From assembly GCA_963664875.1 (NCBI GenBank), contig OY761611.1, positions 1,728,001 to 1,792,000 on the forward strand: a stretch of 64,000 nucleotides of DNA, written 5' to 3'. Made by a program: the position numbers and the translations under genes. The notes under the pieces are model-generated. The model was not told where the DNA came from and did no database searches. It saw only the letters and a program-made list of their open reading frames with translations. This DNA comes from Candidatus Kapaibacterium sp. GTDB taxonomy: Bacteria; Bacteroidota; Ignavibacteria; Kapaibacteriales; UBA2268. The first letter of the stretch is position 1. Each line of letters begins with the position of its first letter. Positions 20,049-29,353 of this stretch are shown one piece after another.

Positions 20049-20124
20049 AGTAAAATTTGAGCAATGAGGCTGATAAATTGAGAGATACAAATACTGCTAT
20101 AGATTGACATTATAAGGATTTACT

Positions 20125-20592
20125 ATGCTTAAAATATTGATATTTTCATTGCTCTTGCTTTTTGTCGGTGAAGCAAAACATATTTTAGAAAGGCTTGCAC
20201 TTAATACTTGGGTCGTTGATGAGTATTTTGAAGATGGTGATTATCTATATCAGGAATACTCTTTTATTAAAATCGACGACACCACCTATATTCATAAGAC
20301 TTTTGCCAAAAAAGCCGAGCAATCCGAGCTTATGTTTCTTTCAGAAAACAAACTTATCCTTTCAGGGAATAAGGTAAAATGTAGCACTGCAGACTCAAGC
20401 CTGCATCTTAAATATACATTTGAAAATCAAAATATTTATCTTGATTATGATTATGTACTTCACGGCAGAAATGCTACTATGAGAGATTCTTGGATATATC
20501 AGAACGATTCTTCTTTCAAGTTCATAATTGGAGAATGGGATGGAAATAAATATACCAAAATATATATGGAGACTCCTCTCAAACGCCGATGA
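20125..20592 (+). CDS. Hypothetical exported protein
   Basis: Signal peptide-like N-terminus, beta-rich body; ATGA overlap with the next gene. Confidence 0.7.
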   Translation: MLKILIFSLLLLFVGEAKHILERLALNTWVVDEYFEDGDYLYQEYSFIKIDDTTYIHKTFAKKAEQSELMFLSENKLILSGNKVKCSTADSSLHLKYTFENQNIYLDYDYVLHGRNATMRDSWIYQNDSSFKFIIGEWDGNKYTKIYMETPLKRR

Positions 20593-21710
20593 TTAGTTAC
20601 AATGCCATATCCGCAAAATCTATATTGCGACCAATGAAGCAAGTTGATTCATGGTTTTTGTCAGCCTATGGAATGAACTTGTATCGAGGGTGTGCTCATA
20701 ATTGTAGCTATTGCGATGGCAGAGCAGAATCATATTATGCTCCCGCTAATTTCGCTTCTGAAATAGAAGTCAAATCTAATGCTATAGAAATTTTAGACAG
20801 AGAACTTAATCCTTCCCGAAAGAGAAAACAGTTTGAAAGAGCATTCATCTTGCTTGGAGGTGGTGTAAATGACAGCTATCAACCTGCAGAAAAGAAGTAT
20901 GAACTTACAAAAAAGACATTAGATTTGCTTCTAAAATACGGACATGCTGTTCATATTCTCACTCGCTCACCGCTCGCTATGCGAGACAGCGAAATAATTA
21001 AAGACATCTACAGCAAAAGAGCGGCACTTTTTTCAATGAGTTTTTCTACTGCAGATGATAAAATCGCCTCCATATTTGAACCCAATGCACCGTCACCTAC
21101 TCAAAAACTAAAGACAATAGAGCATTTCAGGAATATCGGAATACCTGCCGGCATTTTTCTAATGCCTGTTATTCCATTTATAACAGACACTCCTAAGCAA
21201 ATGGACTTAACCATAAAAGCAGCTAAAGACGCCGGTGCTATGTATGTTGTTTTTGGAGGAATGACTTTAAAAGAAGGCAGACAAAAAGAGCATTTCATGA
21301 AAGTGCTTAGCGACAATTTCCCGGAACTTGCCATCAATTATGATATGATTTATAATAAGAACAAGTGGGGCAATGCTAATTCGGACTACTATAATTATAT
21401 AAATTCAGTGTTCGACCAAGTTGCATCTCATCATAAAATGCCTAAGAGAATAAACGTCTCTCTTGCTAAGAACCTATTTGATGTTAATACGAAAGCTGCA
21501 ATAATTCTTGAGCATTTAGATTATATTGTCAAACTTCGTGGACAACAAACTCCATACCTACAAGCAGCACGTAAAGTTCGAGCACTGACAGAGTCAATAG
21601 AATCATTACATTCACTCAGATCACTGAACGGTGTTGGTACATTCACTGCTAAAATATTACGAGAAATTATAGATACCGGTACTTCTTCCTACTACGAAAA
21701 GAACCTATAA
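20589..21710 (+). CDS. SPL-like radical SAM protein with C-terminal HhH (PolX N-terminal-like) domain
   Basis: NLYRGCAHNCSYC, DSYQPAE, ILTRS, MPVIPFITD; tail YLQAA...LNGVGTFTAKILREIIDTG. Confidence 0.85.
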   Translation: MISYNAISAKSILRPMKQVDSWFLSAYGMNLYRGCAHNCSYCDGRAESYYAPANFASEIEVKSNAIEILDRELNPSRKRKQFERAFILLGGGVNDSYQPAEKKYELTKKTLDLLLKYGHAVHILTRSPLAMRDSEIIKDIYSKRAALFSMSFSTADDKIASIFEPNAPSPTQKLKTIEHFRNIGIPAGIFLMPVIPFITDTPKQMDLTIKAAKDAGAMYVVFGGMTLKEGRQKEHFMKVLSDNFPELAINYDMIYNKNKWGNANSDYYNYINSVFDQVASHHKMPKRINVSLAKNLFDVNTKAAIILEHLDYIVKLRGQQTPYLQAARKVRALTESIESLHSLRSLNGVGTFTAKILREIIDTGTSSYYEKNL

Positions 21711-21771
21711 CTGTCAATATTCCGAAAACTATGCTCGAAATTGTATATAAAACGTAGAGCAGATTGAATTT

Positions 21772-21820
21772 AAAAAAAGCTGCAAACAGATGGGATCAAT
21801 TCCATTCCAATTTGCAGCTT
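21772..21820 (-). terminator. Terminator between convergent genes
   Basis: A7-GCTGCAAA...TTTGCAGCTT inverted repeat. Confidence 0.7.
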
Positions 21821-21843
21821 CAAAATAATATTCTTTAACGATG

Positions 21844-23709
21844 TTAGAAGTTTCTGGACTGAATCATATTTTCAGGTTTTAACAAATCATCTAACTTTTC
21901 TTTGCTTAGCATCTTATGTTCTAATACCAAATCATATACTGATTTTCCTGATTCCAATGCTTCTTTTGCTATTTTGCTTGAATTTTCATAGCCTAATACA
22001 GGATTTAATGCTGTAACAAGTCCAATTGAATTTTCAACTAATTTGCGGCATACATCTTCGTTAGCAGTTATACCGTCTATGCAGCGGTATTTCAAAGTTT
22101 GCATACCGTTTTTGAGCATTTCAACTGATTCAAAGATACTTTGAGCAATTATTGGTTCCATTACATTGAGCTGCAACTGACCGGCTTCTGCCGCCATTGT
22201 AACTGTAATGTCATTGCCGATTACTTTGAATGCTATCTGATTAACAACTTCAGGGATTACCGGATTTACTTTGCCCGGCATGATTGAAGATCCCGGTTGC
22301 ATTTTAGGTAAATTAATTTCGTTGATACCAGTGCGAGGACCGGAGCTTAGAAGTCTCAAATCATTACAGATTTTAGATAATTTCACAGCTAAGCGTTTAA
22401 CTGCAGAAGAATACATAACAAAAGAACCGGTATCCTGAGTAGCTTCTACTAAGTCAGAAGCAAGCACAACAGGAAGTCCTGTAATCTCAGCAAGGTGTTC
22501 CATTACTTTCGGGCTGTATTTAGGGTCTGCGTTGATACCTGTACCGATTGCAGTACCACCCATGTTAAGCTCAAGGAACAATTTTGAGTTTTCTTCAAGA
22601 CGTTGGATTTCTTCAGACAACGTAGAAGCAAAAGCAGCAAATTCCTGTCCCAATGTCATAGGAACAGCATCCTGCAACTGAGTACGTCCCATTTTGATAA
22701 TATGAGCAAACTCATTAGCTTTGTTTTTGAAAGAATCTATTAAGGCTTTTAAACCTTTTACAAGCTCTTTGTTTTGATAGATAAAAGCAAGTTTTAATGC
22801 AGTTGGGTAAGCATCGTTTGTAGATTGAGCTAAGTTTACATGGTTATTAGGGTGGCAATATTCATATTCACCTTTCTGATGCCCCATGATTTCTAAAGCT
22901 CTGTTTGCTATTACTTCGTTAGCATTCATATTTGTTGAAGTACCTGCACCACCTTGAATCATATCAACTACAAAGTGAGTGTGCATTCTACCATTAATTA
23001 GCTCTTCGCAGGCTGCTACTATACCATCTTTTATATTAGGTTCCAACCAGCCCAAATCACAGTTAGCTTTAGCTGCAGCCATTTTAACCTGAGCCAGAGC
23101 TACGATTAAAGCAGGGAAGTGATTTATACCAATACCGCTGATATTGAAGTTTTCCACAGCTCTAAGAGTCTGCACGCCATAATATACTTCTTCAGGCACA
23201 TCTCTGTCGCCGAGAAGGTCATGTTCGCTTCTTGTGCGACCGGAAACATACTGAGCCGCAGCATCAACCACCTGATTGGTAGTGTGACGCATTCTTCTTG
23301 CTATCACTCTGGAAATTCTCGATAAAATTTTAACAGCTACTTCCGGATGAGATTCCAAAAAGTCTTTGAAGCTGACTCTCGGTATATTCAGAATATTTGA
23401 GTCCTGAGCTGCACGAGCTGAAGTAGAGTGAGGATAGTTATCCATAAAAGCACCTTCGCTTAGGAAATCGTATTCGCCAAAGCGCGTGATCACTTTTTCC
23501 TGTCCAAAAGTACCATTAACATATAACTCAATTGCACCTTCATATACAAAAAATACATGCTGGCGTTCTGTGTTTTGTTCAAAAACGATCTCGCCTTCTG
23601 CGTAATTTTTTTGTTGAACCATTTCGGCAACAAGTTTAAGCTCGTCAGTTGTCAAATCAGCAAAAAGTTCTATTTTTGCGAGGAAATCCATAATATTAGT
23701 GGGTTGCAT
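21844..23709 (-). CDS. aspA: Aspartate ammonia-lyase with N-terminal cyclic-nucleotide-binding domain
   Basis: GGAGTSTNMNANEV, KMGRTQLQDAVP, GSSIMPGKVNP; the first ~145 aa show a CNB pattern (LFADL...GEIVFEQ...EGAIEL...HSTSARA). Confidence 0.93.
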   Translation of the reverse strand: MQPTNIMDFLAKIELFADLTTDELKLVAEMVQQKNYAEGEIVFEQNTERQHVFFVYEGAIELYVNGTFGQEKVITRFGEYDFLSEGAFMDNYPHSTSARAAQDSNILNIPRVSFKDFLESHPEVAVKILSRISRVIARRMRHTTNQVVDAAAQYVSGRTRSEHDLLGDRDVPEEVYYGVQTLRAVENFNISGIGINHFPALIVALAQVKMAAAKANCDLGWLEPNIKDGIVAACEELINGRMHTHFVVDMIQGGAGTSTNMNANEVIANRALEIMGHQKGEYEYCHPNNHVNLAQSTNDAYPTALKLAFIYQNKELVKGLKALIDSFKNKANEFAHIIKMGRTQLQDAVPMTLGQEFAAFASTLSEEIQRLEENSKLFLELNMGGTAIGTGINADPKYSPKVMEHLAEITGLPVVLASDLVEATQDTGSFVMYSSAVKRLAVKLSKICNDLRLLSSGPRTGINEINLPKMQPGSSIMPGKVNPVIPEVVNQIAFKVIGNDITVTMAAEAGQLQLNVMEPIIAQSIFESVEMLKNGMQTLKYRCIDGITANEDVCRKLVENSIGLVTALNPVLGYENSSKIAKEALESGKSVYDLVLEHKMLSKEKLDDLLKPENMIQSRNF

Positions 23710-24022
23710 TGGTATCCCCTTATTTAGAATGTCTAATAAGTCAGTAAATTCGTATCAAAAAGCAAAATTACTCTTTTCGGCGGATAATATCCAATATATC
23801 CATACAAGTTAGCAATTACTAATTTTAAAATAACCCGAACTAATTTGCTTTTACTAAATAATTACTAAACCTGTATTTCAATAAGTCCGATATTAGATAA
23901 ATTGGCGAGGTGAATCAAGGCTGTTATGCTATAAAGTAAAGCTAATATAAACCATGAATAAACAACAGATGATACTCTAAAATGTAGAATATCCTGGCAA
24001 TGCCACATTAGTATTGAGAAGT

Positions 24023-26005
24023 CTATAAATCTAAGGACAAAGAATAAATTACTCTTCTGCCGAAGCCTGTAGTAGGAATTGTATTTACATTTTCTCTACC
24101 TCTTATATATTCAGGAATTAACATATCACTATCTGTGATGTTAGTCAATGATATAGCATGGGTAAGCCCAAGCTTATATAATATATTATGGTGATACGAC
24201 AAATGAATATTTAGAGCAAATTGGGTTGATATTTTTTCTAAACTACCTTTGGTATTACTATAAATAATGCCATCTACTGCTAAGTTCACATCGTCAATAT
24301 CTTTATTAATGCCAAATGATACTGTGTGTTTTGGAACAAATCTATAATTTGAAAACGCTTCTTCACTATCATCACCAATAATAATGTTGTAATTCACAAA
24401 AAAGCTAAACACTTCTCTATTTATATATTTGATTTCTAATTCAGAGCCATATCCTGAAAATTTGCCAACATTTCTGTATTCAGAAGGTTTTTCTCTGCTA
24501 AAACTCACCCTTTGAATCAAATCTTCGTAAGTAGCATAATACAAAACAGCTTGTGCAAAAAGGTTGTCAATCTGAGTGATATAGGCAATTTCTAATGTCT
24601 TTGAAGTCTCAGGTGACAAATCCGGATTGCCTACAACACTCGGATGAGAAAAATAAAGCTCAAACATTGTCGGAGTTCTGAATGACTCCCCAAACATAAG
24701 CTTCAAGGCATTGTAATCGCTTAATTTAAAATTTGCTGTTGCCCTCGAAGAAATATTGCTGTTGAAAGTTTTATTACCCGTGTATCTGCTACCCAAAAGC
24801 AAGCTGAGAAAACCATACTTTATGCTACTTTGTATATAAGCAGAATACTCGAACAAATTAGCTTCATCTTTCAAATTGTTTCTAACTATAGTATTGTCTA
24901 TCGTAGAATTTATAGAGTGGTTGTAATCTATACCCTTAATCAAATCTGCTCCTAATTCAAAGCCGAAATTCTCACTCAGTTTGTAGGTGGTGCTAAGTTT
25001 AGAGCCAAATTTTTTGTCATAGATATTTACATGTTCTGTGTGGATATAATTTATTGGATATTCGCGTTTAAAAAAATCATAATATATATTGAGTCCCAAG
25101 GAAAAGTCATCAAAAAGCTGATGTTTTTGATAGTTATATGCTACTAAAAAGCCTCTGTCTTCCAAATCTCCGGGCATCCCGGTTGAATAAGAAAAGTATC
25201 CTCCCAAAAAGGCATGTTTGTCTGCGAAAGCATTGATTGATAAAGAGTGGTCTTTATAGCTTAGTCTCACATCTGCAACATTTATATCATAATGTTCCTG
25301 ATAATTAACTACTGAGTCGTAATTTATAACCAAATCTTTGCTTACGACGATACTGTCAGGGGCAACTACAATATCATAAGGATTACGTAGTTCATGCAAA
25401 TTTGAAGCTGCAACCCGGATAGAAAAATCACCGATGAACTGTGTGAGATTAATGGATGTCGAATTTAGACCAGGGTAACCTATCCTAATCTGACCTGAAG
25501 CATCTGAACGCTCAGGATTTTTTGTTATAATATTTATAACACCGGAGTATGCATTCGTACCGTATAGAACTGAGGCTGGACCTTTCAATATCTCTATACG
25601 TTCTACATTATTGATGTTTATCCTATTTAGAATATGATTACCATAGATTGTTTGCCAAGTTGGCGTATTGTTGATAAGCAGTAGTGTTTTATTGTTGTAA
25701 TAGTTCTGCAATATCCCTCTAAAAGATTCAACGTTTCTGTCGTTATTAGTTTGAGTTATATCTACTCCGGCAACTACCCTGATTGCATCGGCAACACTTT
25801 CGAAATGATATGCTTTGATCATATCTTTATCTATCACTGACACTACAGACGGAGTGCAAAATATTTCTGAAGGAAGGCTTGTAGATACATTTATTGGTAT
25901 CTGCATTAGCTCTTCCATTGTCATATTTTTTATCCTCTCGTATTCGTCTTCAGCCAAAGCTGAACATGATACCAATAAAAGTATCAAGCCTACTATATAC
26001 CCCAT
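24023..26005 (-). CDS. TonB-dependent receptor
   Basis: Plug motif VERIEILKGPASVLYGTNAYSGVINIITK, FRTPT..ELY, GNPDLSPETS, C-terminal GRRVIYSLSLDL. Confidence 0.92.
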   Translation of the reverse strand: MGYIVGLILLLVSCSALAEDEYERIKNMTMEELMQIPINVSTSLPSEIFCTPSVVSVIDKDMIKAYHFESVADAIRVVAGVDITQTNNDRNVESFRGILQNYYNNKTLLLINNTPTWQTIYGNHILNRININNVERIEILKGPASVLYGTNAYSGVINIITKNPERSDASGQIRIGYPGLNSTSINLTQFIGDFSIRVAASNLHELRNPYDIVVAPDSIVVSKDLVINYDSVVNYQEHYDINVADVRLSYKDHSLSINAFADKHAFLGGYFSYSTGMPGDLEDRGFLVAYNYQKHQLFDDFSLGLNIYYDFFKREYPINYIHTEHVNIYDKKFGSKLSTTYKLSENFGFELGADLIKGIDYNHSINSTIDNTIVRNNLKDEANLFEYSAYIQSSIKYGFLSLLLGSRYTGNKTFNSNISSRATANFKLSDYNALKLMFGESFRTPTMFELYFSHPSVVGNPDLSPETSKTLEIAYITQIDNLFAQAVLYYATYEDLIQRVSFSREKPSEYRNVGKFSGYGSELEIKYINREVFSFFVNYNIIIGDDSEEAFSNYRFVPKHTVSFGINKDIDDVNLAVDGIIYSNTKGSLEKISTQFALNIHLSYHHNILYKLGLTHAISLTNITDSDMLIPEYIRGRENVNTIPTTGFGRRVIYSLSLDL

Positions 26006-26098
26006 GCGACCATACCCTTAAAATATCATATATATTTATTAAGACAATTAAGCAATAGAAATATTATTGCAATAAAAAACATTATTTATTTGCATTCT

Positions 26099-26169
26099 AC
26101 TAAAGTTTTAGTTGTATAACTAAATTCTTAGTAGTATATTGACTTTAGTTGTGAACTAATTTTTTTAGT
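26099..26169. promoter_or_regulatory. Three palindromic operators (ACTAA-N4/5-TTAGT) overlapping a sigma70-type promoter
   Basis: Sites at 26099-26112, 26119-26132 and 26155-26169; TTGTAT-N17-TATATT at 26112-26140. Confidence 0.8.
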
Positions 26170-26188
26170 TGTTGATATGGAGCTTATT

Positions 26189-26563
26189 ATGAAAGAACTT
26201 ACCAAAGCTGAAGAACAGATAATGCTAATACTTTGGGAGAAGCAAAAGGCTTATGTGCGGGATATAATCAGCGAAATGGATGAGCCTAAGCCGGCTTATA
26301 CAACTGTTTCGACTATTGTCAGGATTTTGGAAAGCAAAGGCTATGTTTCTCATGAGGAAGTTGGGAAAATGCACAAATATTTTCCACTTGTCTCTAAAGA
26401 TGAATACACCGGCAGCTTTATGAAAGGATTTATCTCGAACTATTTTTCAGGTTCTTACAAAAATCTGCTTTCATTTTTCTCTAAAAACAAGGACTTAAGT
26501 CTAAGAGATTTAGAAGAAATAAAAGCTATAATTGATAAAGAAATCGATAATAAGAAGGATTGA
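26189..26563 (+). CDS. BlaI/MecI/CopY family repressor
   Basis: LTKAEEQIM.ILW...PAYTTVSTIVRILESKGYV pattern. Confidence 0.93.
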   Translation: MKELTKAEEQIMLILWEKQKAYVRDIISEMDEPKPAYTTVSTIVRILESKGYVSHEEVGKMHKYFPLVSKDEYTGSFMKGFISNYFSGSYKNLLSFFSKNKDLSLRDLEEIKAIIDKEIDNKKD

Positions 26564-26567
26564 TAGC

Positions 26568-28232
26568 ATGGAACTCCTGATTTATAATTTAGAAGTAGCT
26601 GTTTGCCTTGCTGTATTATACTTTTTGTACTTCGTTTTCTTTAGAAGTACAACTTTTCATCAACTTAATAGAGCTGTGGTTCTGCTTTCTCTTTTGACGG
26701 CATTTGTTTTCCCTATGCTTGAATTCCAATCAGATTTAGACATATCTAGTGAGTTCAGAATAGTGGAATTGCAAGATGAAGTAACTTCTTTAGAAACAAA
26801 GTTGATTGAAGTTCAAGCAAATACAAATAAATTGGTAAAGAAAAAAGAAACTTCCTTCTTTTGGTCAGAGCATTTTTTGTATGGTATGATGGCTTTTTGG
26901 CTTTTGAAATACATATATTCAAACATAAAAATCGTAAACCTAATTAGAAAATCCCATCTTATCAACCACAAGGGCAATAGCTTATATCTATCAAACAAAG
27001 ATTTAAGCCCATTCACTTACTTTAATAAAATAGTTATGCCACGAAGTATGTTTGAAAGTGAAAACAGAGAAGCCGTAATAGCACATGAACTCATTCACGC
27101 TAAACAGTGGCATAATCCTGATTTGCATCTGATAAACATTCTAAAGTCATTTCAGTTTTTCAATCCGTTTATCTACCTATTTGAAAAAGAGCTCAAAGCA
27201 ACTCACGAATATATAGCCGATTCTGTAGCGGTTAGAGATTCAAATAATAAATCTGACTATATGCAAAGTCTGCTTAGTATTTCTCTTGGCGCCAACGTCA
27301 CAGGCATTGCAGATAGTTTCAATGGTATCAAACTCATAAGGAGATTGAAAATGCTCAATAAAGAAAAATCAGGTTCAACTGTCAAATTAAAGTATCTGGC
27401 TCTATTGCCTGTGCTTGCAGGACTATTTTTTGTGTTCGCCTGCACCGAGCAGGGACATTTTGGGTATCGAAATGAAGATAATTATGTTCGTGCTGATTCT
27501 TTTGCGACCACAAGTATTAAGATGCGTGAAGAAATACAAAAAAGACTACGGCTTTCAGAAGAATGGAAAAACGGAACTAAATGTGCAAAGTTTATAGTAA
27601 GCTATGAAGTCGATACAAACGGAAACATTAGGGAGCCTTATATCTCGAATGCAAAATTTGCTCAGAGTAAAAAATGGAGTCTCAAAAGCATTGATAAAGA
27701 TATAGAATTGCAAATTATTCAAGCAGTCAAAGACATCAATCCAAAATACAGACCTGCCTTGAAAGACGGCAAACCTGTTTTAGGTACAGCCGGTTGTGAA
27801 ATACTTTTAGGTAGTCGCTCTAAGTGGAATACTTATAATGCAGCCGGCAAAGTATCAGTAAAATTGGCAGATAGAGACTACACTGTGGGATACATCAATC
27901 CTTCTGAACAGGCTGAAAATAAAGATGATATGGGGCTGCCACTCCTTAGTCATACTCAATGTCAAGAACTTCCTAAGCTAATGGAATACCCTGATGCAGC
28001 AAGAGAAGCAAAAGCGATTGGCTATGTAGAGCTGACTTTTAAAGTAAACAAAGAAGGAAATGCGACTAATATTAGAGTTATCAAAGGCATGGACTATGGT
28101 TGTGATGAAGCTGCAGTTGCAGCTCTAACTAAACTTGGTGGTTTCCGACCAAATCAAACTTTTGATGGACAGGAACAGCTAAATCTTACTTTGAAATATC
28201 GATATGGTTCGTATTCCACTTATAAACCATAG
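26568..28232 (+). CDS. BlaR1-like M56 peptidase with C-terminal TonB_C-like domains
   Basis: TM N-terminus, SPFTYF, HELIH zinc motif, FFNPF, HEYIAD; RPALKDGKPV and YPDAARE...G.V.LTFKVNKEG TonB_C motifs. Confidence 0.9.
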   Translation: MELLIYNLEVAVCLAVLYFLYFVFFRSTTFHQLNRAVVLLSLLTAFVFPMLEFQSDLDISSEFRIVELQDEVTSLETKLIEVQANTNKLVKKKETSFFWSEHFLYGMMAFWLLKYIYSNIKIVNLIRKSHLINHKGNSLYLSNKDLSPFTYFNKIVMPRSMFESENREAVIAHELIHAKQWHNPDLHLINILKSFQFFNPFIYLFEKELKATHEYIADSVAVRDSNNKSDYMQSLLSISLGANVTGIADSFNGIKLIRRLKMLNKEKSGSTVKLKYLALLPVLAGLFFVFACTEQGHFGYRNEDNYVRADSFATTSIKMREEIQKRLRLSEEWKNGTKCAKFIVSYEVDTNGNIREPYISNAKFAQSKKWSLKSIDKDIELQIIQAVKDINPKYRPALKDGKPVLGTAGCEILLGSRSKWNTYNAAGKVSVKLADRDYTVGYINPSEQAENKDDMGLPLLSHTQCQELPKLMEYPDAAREAKAIGYVELTFKVNKEGNATNIRVIKGMDYGCDEAAVAALTKLGGFRPNQTFDGQEQLNLTLKYRYGSYSTYKP

Positions 28233-28245
28233 CTGAACTAAGTAA

Positions 28246-28379
28246 GAGGCTGAAAGCCTCAAAGATAACAGCCCGGGGCAGCACCCCGGGTAAATTATCT
28301 ATAAAAAAATATTGAGCCCTGTAAGTTCCGTCAGTTTGAGACACTAAAGGTCACTGAGCGAGTGAAACGAGTCGAAGTG
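28246..28379. repeat. Cluster of REP-like GC-rich palindromes
   Basis: GAGGCTGAAAGCCTC, CCCGGGG-CAGCA-CCCCGGG, GAGCCCTGTAAG and GTCACTGAGCG...GAGTCGAAGTG in an AT-rich intergenic region. Confidence 0.55.
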
Positions 28380-28720
28380 TGCCCTTAACATTTTGTGAAA
28401 CTCAACTTACTGAGAATAATGAACAATCAGCTATTTAATTTGCTTTTCATTCTGCTAAAAAGCATTCAATTGAATATCTATGCTCACTGGTGACATATTC
28501 AATTGCGACTCTTTATTTTTGACGCTGGAAGAAGAGTAATCATATTTTATATCAAAAACAAGGGAAGCAGATTTTTTAAGCTTTCTTATATTGACTCTCG
28601 CTACATTTTACAAACTTTCAGAACCTGCCTCATTTAGCCAACGCCAAAGCAAATAAAAATCCAACATTAGCAAAGTTTTTACCTGCTTATACGTAACTAA
28701 ATAAAAAAGTAAATGCACTT

Positions 28721-28747
28721 TGCAACCAATTATTGATTGCTGTGTAA
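28721..28747 (+). promoter_or_regulatory. Candidate autoregulatory ECF promoter
   Basis: TGCAAC-N16-TGTAA just upstream of the ECF sigma ATG at 28780. Confidence 0.45.
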
Positions 28748-28779
28748 CTTATATAAAATGTATCCCAATACTGTTTATT

Positions 28780-29349
28780 ATGGCGAATAATTTTGCAGCA
28801 TATAGTGATATAGAACTCGCAGAGATGCTAAGCTCCTCGACTAAAGATTCGGAGTTTGCTTTCAGAGAGCTCTACGACAGGTACTCGGCAGGGGTGCATG
28901 CCTACTGTTTGCGTGTGCTTGGTGATGAAGATGCTGCAGAAGACATTTTCCAGGAAACTTTTATAAAGTTCTACAAAAATGTGCAGGGCAATCACGAAAG
29001 CAAAAATATTCAAGGCTTTTTGATAACTATTGCACGAAATTTGTGTCTCAATTACAAAAGAGACAAAAAAAATACCGTCGAAGTTGACAAACTCGACTTT
29101 TATATGCACGACAATCAAAATTATGAGCAAAAAGAACTTTTAGATTTGATAAATACAGCCTTAGAACTCGTGGAATATGAATACCGCGAGGCTTTTGTCC
29201 TAAGAGAATATAGTGGTTTTTCGTATCAGGACATTGCTGATGCCTGCGAAATAACAGTAGCAAACGCAAAATCCCGAGTGTTCAGGGCAAAACAAAAAAT
29301 AAAAGAAATACTGCAACCTTATCTGAAAGATTTATCTAAATTGCGGTGA
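28780..29349 (+). CDS. ECF RNA polymerase sigma factor
   Basis: Region 2 AEDIFQETF...IARNLCLN; region 4 GFSYQDIA...AKSRVFRAK. Confidence 0.95.
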   Translation: MANNFAAYSDIELAEMLSSSTKDSEFAFRELYDRYSAGVHAYCLRVLGDEDAAEDIFQETFIKFYKNVQGNHESKNIQGFLITIARNLCLNYKRDKKNTVEVDKLDFYMHDNQNYEQKELLDLINTALELVEYEYREAFVLREYSGFSYQDIADACEITVANAKSRVFRAKQKIKEILQPYLKDLSKLR

Positions 29350-29353
29350 AATT

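Noticed and set aside
26097-26170. Mini CRISPR-like repeat array
   Set aside because: Repeats are 14-15-bp palindromes with 6- and 22-bp gaps directly before a BlaI gene, so they are operators; no cas genes are present.
28455-28667. Minus-strand 71-codon frame with one internal TAA (possible pseudogene fragment)
   Set aside because: No recognisable homology; such frames arise by chance in AT-rich DNA.
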